This document shows, piece after piece, positions 1-8,029 of a stretch of 25,322 nucleotides of DNA. Made by a program: the position numbers and the translations under genes. The notes below the pieces were generated by a model. The model worked only from the letters and a program-made list of their open reading frames with translations. It was not told where the DNA came from and did not search any database. Numbering within the stretch: the stretch's first letter is position 1; the number at the start of each line of letters is the position of its first letter. The stretch is from Myxococcota bacterium (GTDB taxonomy: Bacteria > Myxococcota_A > UBA796 > SXON01). Location of the stretch: NCBI GenBank assembly GCA_040386535.1, contig JAZKFH010000008.1, forward strand, positions 43,646 through 68,967, read 5' to 3'.

Positions 1-6
1 GTCCAG

Positions 7-52
7 CGCGCCGAACTCGGGGGATGGCGCAGCATCCGGGCAGTTCGGCGCG
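7..52. repeat. Inverted repeat/hairpin downstream of the DUF488 gene (possible terminator or REP-like element)
   Basis: CGCGCCGAACT (7-17) is the exact reverse complement of AGTTCGGCGCG (42-52), with an inner GGATG/CATCC stem; no U-tract visible in the window. Confidence 0.5.
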
Positions 53-66
53 TCCGCCCCCGCCCG

Positions 67-579
67 TTACCCCGGCGCCGGATATCGAACTTCCGTCCCG
101 GTCACCCGCGCGAACGGCGTGAGGAACGCGCGCTCGGCGTGCTTCTCGTCGCGGACGTGCCACACCTCCCAGCCCCGCGCGATCAGGTGGTCCGCGAGGA
201 TGCGGCGGTGGCAGCGCCACCAGAGGATCTCCGCGCACATCAGCGCGGTGCGATGGGCCTCGGAGAGGGCTTCGAGAGCCGCGAGGCCCGCCTGGAACGG
301 CTCGGTGGCGGTGTAGTCGGCGTAACCACGGAACGCCGCGTGCTCCCAGCCGAGGTTGTCCTGGCCCGTGACCTTGCGCCGCCCACCCAGCGCCGCGAAG
401 TGGACGTAGCGCCCCTCGCCCAGCCGCTCGGCGAGCACGTCCGCGTTGAACTGGGGATTGGCGCGCGAGCGCGTGTACTGCCGCACGTCGGCGACGCAGG
501 CGATGTTCCACGCGTCGAGGACGGAGACGAAGGCGTCGAGCGATCGGTTCGAGTGCCCGAGGGTCCAGATGGTGGGCAT
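67..579 (-). CDS. DUF488 family protein
   Basis: Start trimmed to ATG 579 (MPTIWTLGHSNRS). Family motifs TLGHS, DVR..SR.NPQF, LGGRR, FRGYADY, LMCAE.LWWRCHRRILAD. Confidence 0.9.
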   Translation of the reverse strand: MPTIWTLGHSNRSLDAFVSVLDAWNIACVADVRQYTRSRANPQFNADVLAERLGEGRYVHFAALGGRRKVTGQDNLGWEHAAFRGYADYTATEPFQAGLAALEALSEAHRTALMCAEILWWRCHRRILADHLIARGWEVWHVRDEKHAERAFLTPFARVTGTEVRYPAPG

Positions 580-695
580 GTGGAAGGGTGCCCACGATCG
601 CCGCCTCCTCGTAGGGGGGCGGCGTCTCCGGCGCCGGTGATTGTGCGCCTTCGGGCGCTTGACGGCTGGCGCGGGGGCCGAGCACAGTCGTCCCG

Positions 696-1196
696 ATGAA
701 GGCGTCACCGGTTCCCAGCAACAAGGACCTAGCGGAGTTCTACCGCCTCGCGTTGGCGAGCCGACTGTGCGCTCCGGCGGACGTGGCCGCCTGGGCCGAC
801 ACCATCGTGGCCGCGGAGGAGAACCCCGACCCCGTGTTTCTCGACCTCAGCTGTTCGGGGAGCCTTCGGGCGGACGTTGTCCAGACGGCGCTCCACGAAG
901 TGCCGGGGAGCATCAACGGCAACCTGCCTGTGTACCTGCTGCTGGGTCACGGGAGTCGCGTGCTCGCCGCGGGCGGACTTCCCGCCGGTGACCTGCTTCT
1001 GCGGCTTCACGCGCTCGCCCGCCTGGAGGCGATGCCCTCCGACGTCGATGACGAGCTGAGCAGTTTGGAGGACGCATACTCGCTCGCTTGCGACGGAGTG
1101 TTCGGCACCCTCGCCGAGTTCGGCCAGCGGGTCGCCGAATTCCTCGCGAGGTACGACGCCTTTGTCCCGCCGGCGGTTCTTGCTCCGATACGGTGA
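696..1196 (+). CDS. Hypothetical helical protein, 166 aa
   Basis: Normal amino-acid composition (AEFYRLAL...DVAAWADTIV...PVFLDLS) unlike the Arg/Pro-rich shadow ORFs; TTGACG (659-664) upstream. Confidence 0.7.
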   Translation: MKASPVPSNKDLAEFYRLALASRLCAPADVAAWADTIVAAEENPDPVFLDLSCSGSLRADVVQTALHEVPGSINGNLPVYLLLGHGSRVLAAGGLPAGDLLLRLHALARLEAMPSDVDDELSSLEDAYSLACDGVFGTLAEFGQRVAEFLARYDAFVPPAVLAPIR

Positions 1197-1251
1197 CGCG
1201 CGGCTTGGCGATGAGCCCAGCCCGGGTGCGCACGCTCGGGCCCGCGACGCT

Positions 1252-2202
1252 TCACGGAACCTTCGAGCCCAGCGTCACCGTGAATTCGAGCCCTCGAAGG
1301 TGCAGTGCCCGCCCGCGCAAGAGCTCGGCCGGGGGCGCCGGGAATGGCGCTGCCTCCTCGAACGCCTGAGCGACCGCGCGATCCAGCGCGGGCTCGCCCG
1401 ACGCCTCGTCGAGGCACACCCCGGTGAGGCGGCCTTCTCGATCCAGGTTGATACCGACGACCGTGCGGTATTGCGGTCGGACCAGGCGCAACGACGGCGA
1501 GATCGCATCCACGTGCGCCTTCCACCGTGTGTTTACCCGACTGCGAACCTCCACCATGAACTCGTGGCCCACGGTCAAACGTGGATCTGAAGGCGACACC
1601 TCTGCTTGTTCCGTCATCGCCGCCGTCACAGCCACCTCCTCCGCCGGCGCACACATCGGCACCGCGGCGATCTCGACGCGCTTGGGCCGCGCGGCGCCCT
1701 TCACGCGTGGAACGAGCGTCCCATCGCGGGGACTCCGGCCGAGCGTCACCGTGAACGCGCGGTTGGGCAGCACCCAGATCCCGTCGTGGAGGACCTCGGG
1801 GGGCGGCGGCGCGAACGGCGCCGCGTCGCGGATGGCACGGCTCACCGCGGCGTCGACTTCGGGAGCGCCGGACGAAGCGGCAAGGCACAGGCCCTGCAGC
1901 GCGCCGGACGCATCGAGCGTGATCGTCACGATCGTGGTGTACTCGGCCCCGCGGAGGCGCGACAGGGAGCCGTGGATGAGGTCGAGATTGGCCGCCAACC
2001 GAGCGTCTGCGCGCCGCCGGAGCTCCACCGTCGCGTCGTGGCCGACGGGCGCCACCCACCCATCCGGCTGAGGCGCCGACTCGTGGGGCGTGGCGGTCAG
2101 CAGCGCCGCCTCCGCGACCTCCTCGGGCGAACAGATCGGCGCCGGGGGCCGGTCCATCGGCGTGGGCTCCGCGGCCCATCCCGCCGCGACAATCCACCAC
2201 AT
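1252..2202 (-). CDS. Secreted protein with two tandem TonB C-terminal-like domains
   Basis: Short signal MWWIVAAGWA-AEP; two copies of Y.T.V.I.LD..G.L.G.C....SG....D.AV..A...AAPF..PP; TAGGAT -10-like hexamer upstream. Confidence 0.75.
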   Translation of the reverse strand: MWWIVAAGWAAEPTPMDRPPAPICSPEEVAEAALLTATPHESAPQPDGWVAPVGHDATVELRRRADARLAANLDLIHGSLSRLRGAEYTTIVTITLDASGALQGLCLAASSGAPEVDAAVSRAIRDAAPFAPPPPEVLHDGIWVLPNRAFTVTLGRSPRDGTLVPRVKGAARPKRVEIAAVPMCAPAEEVAVTAAMTEQAEVSPSDPRLTVGHEFMVEVRSRVNTRWKAHVDAISPSLRLVRPQYRTVVGINLDREGRLTGVCLDEASGEPALDRAVAQAFEEAAPFPAPPAELLRGRALHLRGLEFTVTLGSKVP

Positions 2203-2266
2203 GCGCTCTTCTTCCGGCCGATCCTATCGCTCGTGCGCTGACGATGGGTGGGGCGGGCCGTTCGTC

Positions 2267-3664
2267 CTAGAACTGCACGCGCACGAGATCTACGGTGTCC
2301 CCGTCTCCGTGCGTCACGACGTACAGGTCGTCCCCGACGGTCACGTGGGGCGTGTAGCTTCCCACGTCGGACTCGCCGCACGCTTCGTCGGGGAACGACC
2401 AGGTGCGCCCCTCGGCGTCGAGCACGGCGGGAACCCCGACCCCGTCGTGAACCGTGGTGAGCCGCCCGTCCGAGAGCGGAGCGTAGTACCGGGCCCTGAA
2501 CTCCGCGGTCGCGGTCGTGCTCCATGTCGCGTTCTCGAACGACCAGGTGTCGACCCGGCCGTCGACCTGCACGGACACGCGATCGCCGTTCCCGACGATC
2601 CGCTCCACGGGGGTGTCGTCGCGCATCGGGAGCGCGTCCTGGGCACCGGTCGCGAGGTCGACGGTGAACGGGGTCCCCAGCACGCGGTCGCTCGACTCCC
2701 CGAACGAATAGGGCAGCATCCACGCCGTGTCTCCGTACACGTGGCCGTACATCCGCTCCTCCCGCCTCGAAGGGACGGGCAGGAGGGTGGCGGAGCCGTC
2801 CTCGGGGTCGAGGCGCCAGGCGCGGAGGGGGGAGCCGACCCACAGGATGGGCGCGCCGTCGGTGGAGAGCAGGCCGACGTTTGCGTCCTCGAGCTCCACT
2901 GGGAGGGGGAGCTCCGCCGTGACGGTGGCGGTCACCGGGTCGACCAGCCGCACGCGCACTTCGTACGTGTCCGCGTCGTCAAACCGGAACAAGAGCACGG
3001 CGATGGCGTCCCCCGCCGTCGCCACGTCCATGATGAGCTCGAGGTAGCTTGCCTCGGTCCACAGCGGGGTCCGCGTGATCGTCATTGGGACGCGGTCCAC
3101 GCGCGCGTCCAGGTCGGCCACGAACGCGTCGTAGACGTGCTCGCGGAGCCACGCCTGCGCCGGATCGAACGTATACGGCTCGTCGCACAGCTCGGCGTCG
3201 AGCTGCGCGAACGCCGCCTCTCGCGGCCCCTCCGCGCACGCCCGGGCGAAGGCCTCGCCGATCCGTTCCTCCTCCGTCGGGTAGAGATCGAGCTCTTCGA
3301 TGGTGTCGGGCAAGAACAGGTCGGGCCGGGCGAGGGAGGGATGGTCGGACACGTAGTCCCAGGCGTGACACAGCTCGTGGCTGACCGTTCGTTCCAAGGA
3401 ACGGGAAGTGAGGGGATTGACCTTGATCACGTCCCCGCCGTACCGGCCCGCCGTGTCGAGGCCGCGGGCCGCCACGATCCGGTCGACGCACACGCCCTCG
3501 CGCGTGGTCCAGCTCGCGAACTCGTCGAGCGCCGCCCGCATCGTCTCGATCACGGCGGGATCCTCGTCCGGATCACCGACCGTCGTCTCCGCGAACGTGG
3601 GGCAGGGAACCTCGGGGGCACACCCCACGAGGACCCAAGGTAGGAACAGGACTCGCCTGGGCAT
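2267..3664 (-). CDS. Putative lipoprotein zinc metallopeptidase (HEXXH, gluzincin-like) with beta-rich C-terminal region
   Basis: Start ATG 3664 after GGAG; lipobox LVG-C; VSHELCHAWD followed by GEAFA (candidate third Zn ligand); C-terminal strand repeats (RLVDPVT, WRLDPEDG, TVDLATG). Confidence 0.65.
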   Translation of the reverse strand: MPRRVLFLPWVLVGCAPEVPCPTFAETTVGDPDEDPAVIETMRAALDEFASWTTREGVCVDRIVAARGLDTAGRYGGDVIKVNPLTSRSLERTVSHELCHAWDYVSDHPSLARPDLFLPDTIEELDLYPTEEERIGEAFARACAEGPREAAFAQLDAELCDEPYTFDPAQAWLREHVYDAFVADLDARVDRVPMTITRTPLWTEASYLELIMDVATAGDAIAVLLFRFDDADTYEVRVRLVDPVTATVTAELPLPVELEDANVGLLSTDGAPILWVGSPLRAWRLDPEDGSATLLPVPSRREERMYGHVYGDTAWMLPYSFGESSDRVLGTPFTVDLATGAQDALPMRDDTPVERIVGNGDRVSVQVDGRVDTWSFENATWSTTATAEFRARYYAPLSDGRLTTVHDGVGVPAVLDAEGRTWSFPDEACGESDVGSYTPHVTVGDDLYVVTHGDGDTVDLVRVQF

Positions 3665-3799
3665 CGCATCGTCTCCGGCGCCCATGATAGTCGCGTTGTT
3701 CCGCCACCGTCGCGCTCCGCGTTGGGAGCCGCGGAGCAGGCACGAACGCGGCGGCCCGTCCCACCCAGCCACCGCGGTCGAGCGCTTCCGACGGGCCGT

Positions 3800-4279
3800 T
3801 CAGCGGGCGCGGGGGTCAGACGCCGAGCCGGGCAACGTCACCGTGAAGTGGAGATCTCTGAGGTGAAGCGTCCCCTCGCGCAAGAGCTCGGCCGGGGGCG
3901 CGGGGAAGGGGGCGGCCTCCTCGAATGCCTGGGTTACCGCGCGATCCAGCACGGGCACGCCCGACGCCACGGCGACGCAGAGGCCGGTGAGATGGCCCTG
4001 GAAGTCCAGGGTGATTGCGACGATCGTGTCGTATCGCGGCCGGGAAAGGCGGAGCGAAGGCGAGACTGCGGCGAGGTTCGCCTTCCAACGAGCGTCCACC
4101 CGAACGCGTACGGCATTGAGGAAACCCGCGCCCGCCACGCGCAATCTCACCGAGGCCGGGGTCTCCGCCGGTTCCGCCACATCCGCCGCCGCCCTGAGCT
4201 CCCGTGCACACATCCGCACCAGCGCCCGCTCGCCGCCCGCCGGCTCCGCCGCCCACGCCATCGCGACCCACACCCACAT
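3800..4279 (-). CDS. Secreted single TonB C-terminal-like domain protein (paralog of 1252..2202)
   Basis: Start ATG 4279, MWVWVAMAWA-AEP; shares SPSLRL.RP.Y, LDRAV.QAFEEAAPFPAPPAELLR and FTVTL with the upstream paralog. Confidence 0.75.
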   Translation of the reverse strand: MWVWVAMAWAAEPAGGERALVRMCARELRAAADVAEPAETPASVRLRVAGAGFLNAVRVRVDARWKANLAAVSPSLRLSRPRYDTIVAITLDFQGHLTGLCVAVASGVPVLDRAVTQAFEEAAPFPAPPAELLREGTLHLRDLHFTVTLPGSASDPRAR

Positions 4280-4328
4280 GCGCGCGCCCCCGACGGAGCG
4301 TAGCGCCCCGCCCGAGCTAAAGTACGCC

Positions 4329-5234
4329 ATGCGCGGCGCCACCCAGGTCCTCTCCGATTGCCCCCACTGCCGCGTCGAGTCGTCGCTCGTCGAGCTGCTC
4401 GATCCCGCCCAGCGGATCGGGGTCGCGATCGAGGGGCGGTGCCGCCTGTGCGGCTACGCGACCGAGCTCGGCGACGTGACGCAGCTCGGGCAGCCGTTCC
4501 TCGACGAGGCCGATGTCGTCGAGGCCCTGGGGCGCTGGGCCGCGGAGGACGGCGAGGCCGACGTGCACGTGTTCGCGGTCGCCAACTTCAACGGGCGGAA
4601 CCCCGGCGCCATCGCGCGCGTCGTGCTCGCGGGGGAGCGCGTCGACACGGGGTTCGATGTCATCGCGTGGTTGTTTCCGGGGCTCCAGGGCGGGCGGCGG
4701 CCCGACGACGAGGAGCGGCGCCCGCGGATCGGGCCGACACCCGCGGCCACCGAGGCGCCCACGCCGCTTCCAGGGGTGGCCGTGGCCCCTCCGGCGGGGC
4801 GTTACGGGGCGGCGCCCCGTCCCAAAAACGCCGCGAGCCCGACCCTCACGTCGATGCGTGGACCCACGTCCCCGGCGGATCCCCGCGACATCGGCCGTGC
4901 GCTCGCGAGCGTGATGCTGGCCGACGGCGTCATCCGCCCCGCCGAGCAGCGCTTCCTCGACGCCGCGCTGGCACGGATGGGGGTGGCGCCGCTCGACCCG
5001 GCCGACCTGCGCGTGTGGCGCCCCACGGAGCTCGGGCCAGTGCCCGATCCGGCGGGCCTGATCGAGACGATGCGCCTGCTGGCGCTCTGCGACCACGAGG
5101 CCGACGGGAGCGAAGAGCGCGTGCTCCACGAGTTCGCGCGCGCGTGGGGGGTGCCGCTGCGGCGCGCCCCGCTGCCGCGGACGGGCGCGATCTACGAGCT
5201 GGGACGGGCGTTGCGGCGGCTGCTCGTGCAGTGA
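4329..5234 (+). CDS. Zn-ribbon + Pro-rich linker + TerB-like domain protein
   Basis: Start ATG 4329; CPHC...CRLC Zn ribbon; two TerB-like motifs MLADGVIRPAEQRFL and ALCDHEADGSEERVL. Confidence 0.7.
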   Translation: MRGATQVLSDCPHCRVESSLVELLDPAQRIGVAIEGRCRLCGYATELGDVTQLGQPFLDEADVVEALGRWAAEDGEADVHVFAVANFNGRNPGAIARVVLAGERVDTGFDVIAWLFPGLQGGRRPDDEERRPRIGPTPAATEAPTPLPGVAVAPPAGRYGAAPRPKNAASPTLTSMRGPTSPADPRDIGRALASVMLADGVIRPAEQRFLDAALARMGVAPLDPADLRVWRPTELGPVPDPAGLIETMRLLALCDHEADGSEERVLHEFARAWGVPLRRAPLPRTGAIYELGRALRRLLVQ

Positions 5235-5295
5235 CGCGACCGGGTGAGGAGCGCGCGTGAGGAGGGCGCGTGAGCAGGCCGCGTGAGGAGGCCGG
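5231..5295 (+). repeat. Tandem 13-nt repeat, five copies, core GTGAGGAG
   Basis: GTGACGCGACCGG (5231), GTGAGGAGCGCGC (5244), GTGAGGAGGGCGC (5257), GTGAGCAGGCCGC (5270), GTGAGGAGGCCGG (5283). Confidence 0.8.
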
Positions 5296-6296
5296 CAACG
5301 TGCGATAGTCCGTGCGACTCCGGAGCCCCCGTGCTGCATGCCCCGCCCCGCCGCGACCCCGCCCTCGCCGACGCGACCGCGCGCTTCGTGGAACAATTCG
5401 CGGCCGCCCGGGCGAACGTGGCGAAGGTCATCCTCGGCAAGGACGACGTGATCTTCAAGGTGCTGCTCGTCATGATCGCGAAGGGGCACATCCTGCTCAA
5501 GGACGTGCCCGGCACGGGCAAGACGATGCTCGCGCGCGCCATCGCCGCCACGATCGCGTGCGAGTTCCGGCGCATCCAGTTCACGCCGGATCTGCTGCCG
5601 ATGGACATCACCGGCACCAACGTGTTCGACCTGCGCCAAAAACAATTCACGTTCCAGCAGGGGCCGATCTTCACGCACCTGTTGCTGGCGGACGAGCTGA
5701 ACCGCGCCACGCCGAAGACCCAGTCGGCGCTGCTCGAGGTCATGGCCGAGGGGCAGTGCACGGTCGAGGGCGTCACCCACAAGCTGCCGCCGCCGTTCCT
5801 CACCATCGCGACGATGAACCCGCTCGATCACGACGGCACCTACGCGCTCCCCGCCGCCCAACTCGACCGCTTCACGATGCAGCTCTCGATGGGGTTCCCG
5901 AGCCCCGACGCCGAGATGGCGATGCTCGACGTGCACCTCGGCGCCCGCCCGCCGGTCGAGGCGCTCACCCCGGTCATCGACCGCGACATCTTCCTCGAGT
6001 GGCAGGACCTCGTGACGCGGGTGTTCCTCTCCACCGAGATCAAGCGGTACCTCGTGAGCCTCGCGGGCGCGATGCGGTCCGATGCGCGGGTGCTCGCTCC
6101 GCCCTCGCCGCGCGCGATGATCATGCTCGCCCGCGTGGCCCAGGCCCACGCGCTCACCCAGGGGCGCGACTACGCCACCCCCGAGGACGTGCGCGCGCTC
6201 GCGCCCGAGGTGCTCGCCCACCGCATCATCGTGAGCGGCGACGAAGTGGGCGTCGGCTACGTGCAGAGCGTGCTCGAGAAGGTGCCGCTCTTGTGA
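5283..6296 (+). CDS. moxR: MoxR-family AAA+ ATPase
   Basis: GHILLKDVPGTGKT (Walker A), RIQFTPDLLPMDITG, LLADELNRATPKTQSALLE (Walker B), ATMNP, AQLDRF, VLAHR. Start is GTG 5283 or GTG 5331. Confidence 0.95.
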   Translation: MRRPATCDSPCDSGAPVLHAPPRRDPALADATARFVEQFAAARANVAKVILGKDDVIFKVLLVMIAKGHILLKDVPGTGKTMLARAIAATIACEFRRIQFTPDLLPMDITGTNVFDLRQKQFTFQQGPIFTHLLLADELNRATPKTQSALLEVMAEGQCTVEGVTHKLPPPFLTIATMNPLDHDGTYALPAAQLDRFTMQLSMGFPSPDAEMAMLDVHLGARPPVEALTPVIDRDIFLEWQDLVTRVFLSTEIKRYLVSLAGAMRSDARVLAPPSPRAMIMLARVAQAHALTQGRDYATPEDVRALAPEVLAHRIIVSGDEVGVGYVQSVLEKVPLL

Positions 6297-8029
6297 TCCG
6301 GCACGTCATCGGCATCGCGTGGCACCTCGGCGGGATGTTCCTCCTGCCGTTCGTGCTCGGTTTCGTGGCGGCGCTCTTCTTCGAGGTGAGCGAGGTCGCC
6401 GACACGATGTGGGTGATGCTCGGGCTCTCGGCCGTCGTCATCGCGCCGGCGTTCCTGTTCCAGCTCGTGGGCGTCCTGCTCAAGACGGGGCGCGAGGGGC
6501 GGCTCCTCCGCGAGCGCGGCCGGCTCACGTTCGCGACGGGGCTGGCCGCGCTCCACCGGCACGTGCGCGTCGTCACGCCGCGCGGTTGGGCGGTGCTGTT
6601 CACCGGGCTCTCGTTCGTGGTGTGCGCCCTCGCCGCCAAGTGGGCGAGCCTGTCCGTGCTCGCGGTCCTGGCGCTCCTGCTCTTTTACGGCACGGTCGGC
6701 GCCACGTCGTTCCTCTCGACCTTCCTCGTCGGCTCGTTCGAGACCGGGGTGAAGCGCCGCGGGTCGATCACCCGCGAGATGGTGCCAGCCGTGGTCCTCT
6801 CGGGGGACGCCGCGGAAGAGCGCTTCACGTTCCGCCGCGTGCCGGTGCCGCCGGGCTTCTACCTGCTCGTCGAGGATCCGCTCCCCGAGCGGCTCGGGAC
6901 CACGAGCCGGTACGCGGTGGGCGCGGGCGCGCGTCGCGAGGAGCTGATGGTGGGCGGGCGTCTGCGCATCACGCCGCGCGGGCTCTACCAGCTCGGCCCC
7001 GCCGAGGTCTACTACCAGGACATGCTCGGCCTCACGCGCATCTCCCTGGCGAGCCTCGCCACCGCCGAGCTCAAGGTGCTCCCGCGGTTCCGCCCGCTCG
7101 AGATCCGCGAGCCGCCCCGGAGCCGCCTCCAGGCGCCCGACGTGCTCACGCGGCCCCACCGCTTCGCGACCGAGGACCACTTCCGGTTCCGCGAGTACGT
7201 GTCGGGGGACGACACGCGGCGCATCCACTGGAAGCTGTCCATCCGCTCGGGGCACCTCACGCTCCGCCAGCCCGAGACGCGCGAGGTCAGCACCCGCACC
7301 ATCCTGCTCGTGCTCGACGCGTACCTCCCGGCCGGGCGCATGCTCGATGACGCGGTGGGGGTCGAGGAGGTGCTCGATCGGCTCGTGGAGACCTTCCTGG
7401 CGCTCGCGAAGGAGCTGACCGAGCGCGGCGACAAGGTGACGATCGTGGCGGTGGCGCGCAAGCCGGAGGGCGGCGGGCTCGCGATCGAGACCATCGTGTG
7501 CGCGCGCGGCGGGCACCAGCGCTGGCAGGACCTGGGCGCGCGGGCGGTGTGGCAGGGGCAGCACGATCTGCCCCAGCTGCTCGACGCGGTCGGCAAGGGC
7601 GTGAACGGGATCGTGGTGTCGAGCCGCTTCCAGGCGCCCCCGCCGGCGATGGCAGAGGGGCAGGCGCTCACGTGGGTGTACCTCCCGCCCGAGGAGGCGC
7701 TCGGGTCGCGCGATCCGACGCTGCTCCAGACCCTCGCCGGCACCCAGACCAACGCGTTCACGTGGCTGTTCCGCCTGCCGTACCTCGCGGGCAGCGACGA
7801 GAACGCCTTCACCGCCCAGCTCCGCACCTTGCGGTTCCACATGGCGCGGCTCGCGGCGCGGCGGCGGCTCCGCGCCATCGCCAAGACGAACGGCGCCCGC
7901 ACACTTCAGGCGCTCGTGGCGCGGGGCGACGCGGTGTACCGGCTCGAGCCCGGCGTCGGCACGCACCGCCTCGTGGGGCTCACCAGCGGCGGGCTCTCCG
8001 CGGCCGGGCGCGCCGGGGGGGCGGCATGA
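6293..8029 (+). CDS. DUF58 domain protein with N-terminal transmembrane segments
   Basis: GTG 6293 overlaps the moxR TGA; about 4 TM helices; RGLYQLGP, DMLGL, KVLPR, REYVSGDDTRRIHWKLS, LLVLD motifs typical of DUF58 partners of MoxR. Confidence 0.9.
   Translation: MIRHVIGIAWHLGGMFLLPFVLGFVAALFFEVSEVADTMWVMLGLSAVVIAPAFLFQLVGVLLKTGREGRLLRERGRLTFATGLAALHRHVRVVTPRGWAVLFTGLSFVVCALAAKWASLSVLAVLALLLFYGTVGATSFLSTFLVGSFETGVKRRGSITREMVPAVVLSGDAAEERFTFRRVPVPPGFYLLVEDPLPERLGTTSRYAVGAGARREELMVGGRLRITPRGLYQLGPAEVYYQDMLGLTRISLASLATAELKVLPRFRPLEIREPPRSRLQAPDVLTRPHRFATEDHFRFREYVSGDDTRRIHWKLSIRSGHLTLRQPETREVSTRTILLVLDAYLPAGRMLDDAVGVEEVLDRLVETFLALAKELTERGDKVTIVAVARKPEGGGLAIETIVCARGGHQRWQDLGARAVWQGQHDLPQLLDAVGKGVNGIVVSSRFQAPPPAMAEGQALTWVYLPPEEALGSRDPTLLQTLAGTQTNAFTWLFRLPYLAGSDENAFTAQLRTLRFHMARLAARRRLRAIAKTNGARTLQALVARGDAVYRLEPGVGTHRLVGLTSGGLSAAGRAGGAA

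Noticed and set aside
4880..5160. Tellurite-resistance operon
   Set aside because: Only a TerB-like domain within a fusion; no terC/terD/terZ
5231..5295. CRISPR array
   Set aside because: Units are 13 nt with no spacers and there are no cas genes
5312..6292. N-terminal extensions of 5312..8029 (also 7498..9405, 3987..5234, 16496..17722)
   Set aside because: They overlap upstream genes in other frames; coupled starts at 6293, 8026 and 16760 and the start at 4329 explain the genes
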